Positions 59,935-64,000 of a stretch of 64,000 bases of DNA are shown here, in pieces. Position 1 is the first letter of the stretch. Each line of letters opens with the position of its first letter. A model generated the notes under the pieces. The model was not told the DNA's origin. It did not search any database and saw only the letters and a list, made by a program, of their open reading frames with translations. Both the position numbers and the translations under genes were made by a program. This DNA is from Selaginella moellendorffii (lineage: Eukaryota; Plantae; Lycopodiophyta). The stretch spans positions 32,436 through 96,435 of the forward strand of contig NW_003314450.1 in NCBI RefSeq assembly GCF_000143415.4, in the 5' to 3' direction.

Positions 59935-62241
59935 ATGGGAGGAGATCGTGACGAGCTCCACCAACACGCAACTGAAACGCTCCACCACAACTCGCAAAGC
60001 TTTGGTATTTCCTCCTTCGAGTCGCCCAGCGATGGTGGACTGTCACTTATAGCGACGAACACGACGTCGTACGAGCCAGGAGCATCGACTTTAAGCTCAT
60101 CAAAGTCATCTTCCCAGTCGCGGGTTTCTTCCTCCTCGTCCACCATGGAGCTGCCGCCATCTCCTTCACTTCTAGGATGGCAGCTTCCAAGCCCGGGATT
60201 CTTCCAGGGCGCGTCACCAGGCCTATGGGGATCACTCCACGGGCCATCCGGCTGGTCGTCGAGCAGCGCCGCCAATCTCTTCCGCTCGCCAAGCTCGCAA
60301 TTGTTCGCGCCAGATAATAGTCTCCTCTTCCAGCAAGATCACTACAACGATGGGAGAAACTCCAGCCAGCAGCAGTGGGGAACACTTCCCACGTCGATGG
60401 AGCTCGATTCGAGCATGAATTCCAAGGCCGGGCCGGCTGGAGGAGGAGGATTTTCCATGAACGAGATCAGGTCCATGGACGAGGGAACTGTTGCAGTGTG
60501 GCTGGAAACGATGGTGAGTGACATATCTCACAGCTTTCCGAGCATGCCGGCCGAGCACATATGGCAGTCGCTGCTGGAAAACCTCTCGCCGTGCAATCCT
60601 CACGTAGCTTCGGTTATCGAGTCGAGGATCATCAGCTTGCGGCACCACCACGAGATGTTGCATGGTCATCACTCTCTCAAGCAGCAGCAGCAAAACCAGC
60701 TCAAGCATCATGGCCACTCCGTCAATCCCGCGGCCGCGGCTGTGGAGCAGCCGAGCTTGAAACGGTCGAGAGTGGATCCAGAAACAGTACCCCACCGTCT
60801 GGAAGACTGTGGGAATAGTCGCGTGGAGGAAATGGCGATGGAAGGGAAGTCATTCGAGCAGCAGGCTCCTCCTCCTCCTCCTCACGATGGTCTCAAGTTA
60901 TCACTAGAATCATCCCAGAAATCGCCACCACCACCAACAATTCCAAGCGATTTCCGCCAGCAGCAGCACAAGAATCACGCAAAGCAGCAGCTCCCTTCTC
61001 CAACAAACTCTTCCAAAGACAAATCCTCCGAGTCGCAGGACCAGCCATCGGGGAAAGACGATCAAGCCGGCAGCGGTGGCGGGGCCGCCACCGCCACCAC
61101 CACCGCCACGAGTGCCGCCACCATCGCCGGCACGAGCGACGATGCCGGCTTGCAGCTCCTGGCGCTCCTTCTCCAGTGCGCCGAGGCCATCTCCACGGAC
61201 AACTTCGAGGAGGCCAACCTCATCCAGCCCCAGCTCACGGAGCTGGCATCGCCATATGGGAGCTCCGTCCAGCGCGTCGCCGCCTACTTCGCCGAGGCCA
61301 TGGCGGCGCGGATGGTAAACTCGTGCCTGGGCATTTGCTCCGCGCTCCCGGGGATTCACCACGTCTACAACCACAGCATCGCCGCCGCGTTCCAGATTTT
61401 CAACGGGATGTGCCCTCTCGTCAAGTTCTCGCACTTCACCGCAAACCAGGCCATCCTCGAGGCGTTCGAGGGCGAGCAAAGCGTCCACATTGTCGACATT
61501 GATATCATGCAAGGATTGCAGTGGCCGGCGCTCTTCCACATCTTGGCTTCCAGGCCGGGAGGCCCTCCGAACGTCCGGATCACCGGACTGGGCACCTCGG
61601 CCGAGGCGCTCGAGGCAACCGGCAAGAGGCTATCCGACTTTGCGAGCTCGCTCGGCCTGCCCTTTGAGTTCTTCGCGGTGGCGGACAAGATCGGCCACTG
61701 CGACGCTGCGACACTCAAGGTCCGGCCGGGCGACGCGCTCGCAGTGCACTGGCTGCACCACTCGCTCTACGACGTGACCGGGTCAGATTCCAAGACCTTG
61801 AAGCTACTTGGGTCTTTGGAGCCAAAGGTGGTGACCATGGTGGAGCAAGATCTGAGCCACGCGGGATCGTTTCTCAACCGGTTTGTGGAGGCGCTGCACT
61901 ACTATTCGGCGCTGTTTGATTCTCTTGGCGCGAGCTTTCCGGAGGATAGTCCGGATCGGCATATGGTGGAGCAGCAGCTGCTGTCTTGCGAGATCAAGAA
62001 CATACTGGCGGTTGGCGGGCCTGCACGGACTGGAGAGGTCAAGTTTGAGCAGTGGAGGGATCAGCTCAAGCAGTCGGGGTTTCGGCCGATTTCGTTGGCT
62101 GGGAATGCAGCCACACAGGCGACGCTGTTGCTAGGGATGTTTCCTTTGCAAGGATACACTCTGGTGGAGGACAATGGAACGCTCAAGCTTGGGTGGAAAG
62201 ACTTGTGCCTCTTGACGGCATCTGCGTGGCATCATCCTTGA
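59935..62241 (+). CDS. SCR: GRAS transcription factor SCARECROW
   Basis: SCR N-terminal motif [22 protein letters not shown]; [76 protein letters not shown]. Confidence 0.93.
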   Translation: MGGDRDELHQHATETLHHNSQSFGISSFESPSDGGLSLIATNTTSYEPGASTLSSSKSSSQSRVSSSSSTMELPPSPSLLGWQLPSPGFFQGASPGLWGSLHGPSGWSSSSAANLFRSPSSQLFAPDNSLLFQQDHYNDGRNSSQQQWGTLPTSMELDSSMNSKAGPAGGGGFSMNEIRSMDEGTVAVWLETMVSDISHSFPSMPAEHIWQSLLENLSPCNPHVASVIESRIISLRHHHEMLHGHHSLKQQQQNQLKHHGHSVNPAAAAVEQPSLKRSRVDPETVPHRLEDCGNSRVEEMAMEGKSFEQQAPPPPPHDGLKLSLESSQKSPPPPTIPSDFRQQQHKNHAKQQLPSPTNSSKDKSSESQDQPSGKDDQAGSGGGAATATTTATSAATIAGTSDDAGLQLLALLLQCAEAISTDNFEEANLIQPQLTELASPYGSSVQRVAAYFAEAMAARMVNSCLGICSALPGIHHVYNHSIAAAFQIFNGMCPLVKFSHFTANQAILEAFEGEQSVHIVDIDIMQGLQWPALFHILASRPGGPPNVRITGLGTSAEALEATGKRLSDFASSLGLPFEFFAVADKIGHCDAATLKVRPGDALAVHWLHHSLYDVTGSDSKTLKLLGSLEPKVVTMVEQDLSHAGSFLNRFVEALHYYSALFDSLGASFPEDSPDRHMVEQQLLSCEIKNILAVGGPARTGEVKFEQWRDQLKQSGFRPISLAGNAATQATLLLGMFPLQGYTLVEDNGTLKLGWKDLCLLTASAWHHP

Positions 62242-62585
62242 AGTCCCTCTACTAATTTTGTTAGAGGAAACCTAAGCAAATGAATTTCCAATTTTATTTC
62301 ATTAAAACGTATTTTATCATTTAATGCCCACTACAGTTAATATTCTGTAAGTTTATACCTTATAAAATATCCAATCATACATTTAAATAATATGATAAAA
62401 ATTATATTTACATGTGTAAACCTTACACATGTAGATTTCTTGCTGGATTTGAAAATAGAAAATAATGCATATCTAAATTAAATTTTATAAATGTCCCAAT
62501 ATATTAAATTATGATTGTAAAAAAATTCAAAAAATAGTAATATCTAAAAAAAAATTTACTCCAAATGAATACATAATAATGTAAA

Positions 62586-62630
62586 TGTGTGTATGTGTGT
62601 GTGTGTCTCTCTCTCTCTCTATATATATAT
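62586..62630. repeat. Compound (TG)n(CT)n(TA)n microsatellite
   Basis: tgtgtgtatgtgtgtgtgtgtctctctctctctctatatatatat. Confidence 0.9.
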
Positions 62631-63459
62631 TACAATTTAGAAAAATTTCTTGTAATTTATTTATATTAAAAAATTTAATATTTCAAGATGTAGCTTTATC
62701 TTTATAAAAAATATAAAGATATAAATATATAAAATTTAACATATCTTATAAATATTTATTTTTGCAACATCAATAACTTTATTATTCATTAACACAAACA
62801 TAAAGATGATAATCATCCATAATTATATATTTATTATGATAAATATATATAAATAAGTTATTAATTGTAAGAACATATATTTTCAGGGGAATATATAGTG
62901 TTAGAATTTTTTAAAACATTCAAAGATATTAAAAATCATAACAAGTAAAATGTTTTAACATAAAATTAATTTAAACTAAGAATAACAATTTATGGTCATC
63001 TTCTATAAACTCTTTAAGAGTTCTTTTTTATTTCATATTGTATAATACAGGAAATTATGTGAAGGTAAGGATAAACCTTCATGAAGGGGCTAATGTTAGT
63101 AGTGATAGTGTTATCAACTTGACAATATAAAAAGAATTGATGGGCTTTGAATAATTAAAATTATAAAGTAAACTAAAAAATTAAAAAATATTTTGTCGAT
63201 ATAAATATATTTTTATCTATAAATATTAATTTTTTAACAATTATTTTTAAGAATTATATTTAGTTATATAAGTAAAATTATAAAAAGATGTATAAGATAT
63301 TAATTTTGTGAGTGCATAAAATATGGAAATAAAATATAGAAAGATGCTAGTCCAAAAACCTTAACTTATATACAGAATTGAGTAGCTCAAATTGAAATCA
63401 ATTCAATAGTTATCAAAATCCCACTATGCTAATATTAATAAATAGCATTGACCTAAACT

Positions 63460-64000
63460 TTATATCATCCCCTCCCTTTTGAAGGATAGAGGGCAATTGA
63501 GCCAAAATCTAGAAGAATATTAAGAGGCACTAGTGGATCTGTAGGTAGTGTAAATTATTTTAATCCCTTTGTACAAAGTACTTTAACCATTATAAATGTA
63601 TAATTTTTAAAAGATTGGCATATGTTAAACCTCATAAACTTGTAGTGCAATTTTCTGCAACACTCAATACAATCCCTTCCACTAAGTAAGGAGCCCCTTA
63701 GATAAATCACATATCATAAAATTAGGATAACAAATTAACACTAAATCATCCACTTTATATTCTACCAATGGATGATAATGGGAAATTAATTCCCCACTTG
63801 TATATGTTTAATAGACTCTATTTGCACCAGTGGAAGAATGTTTATCAAATATTGATCCTAGGATTTAGTATTAAAAATTTGTGGCAATCATGATGGTAAA
63901 TTCAACTTTGTTAGCAATATCAAATTATATAAAAATTTATATAGTGAAGCATCAATAGAATTTTATCCCTTGTAACATATGTATATTGAAGAAATAAAAT
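63460..64000 (-). mobile_element. Decayed gypsy integrase C-terminus (GPY/F-like) with PPT and LTR start
   Basis: Minus-strand EYKVDDLVL...WKGLY*VLQKI...VYEV; polypurine AAAAGGGAGGGGA at ~63468-63480 followed by TG. Confidence 0.6.

Overview
Gene-dense nuclear DNA of a land plant with very short (~45-80 nt) introns; the style and gene content suggest a lycophyte such as Selaginella (inference). In order: 3' part of COX6B, an intronless PSKR/PSY1R-type LRR receptor kinase, a TRF-like Myb gene, a MIR171 hairpin missed by the ORF track, QSOX, an NSP2-like GRAS gene, a TAR/alliinase-family aminotransferase, a BFR1/PPI1-like coiled-coil protein, an orphan NLS-bearing gene with a deleted paralog, a C2-domain gene, DRT111/SPF45, decayed Ty3/gypsy remnants, two tandem LRL bHLH genes, a RUS (DUF647) gene, an initiator tRNA-Met, ferredoxin, an LRR-III kinase, an APS reductase-like gene, DUF1350, an ACT-domain STY kinase, a plastid membrane protein, a REase-fold+kinase pseudogene, SCARECROW and further AT-rich TE relics. 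Four observations stand out: (1) the APR-like gene keeps its FeS cysteines and thioredoxin CxxC but has lost the catalytic ECGLH cysteine (reads ELGIN); (2) the initiator tRNA has a compensated, non-canonical T-stem (C64) that is mirrored in local retrotransposon primer-binding sites; (3) MIR171, with candidate miPEPs, lies next to an NSP2-like gene whose miR171 site has decayed; (4) there are relics of a Crinkler-like REase+kinase family. All calls come from reading motifs by eye; no searches were run.
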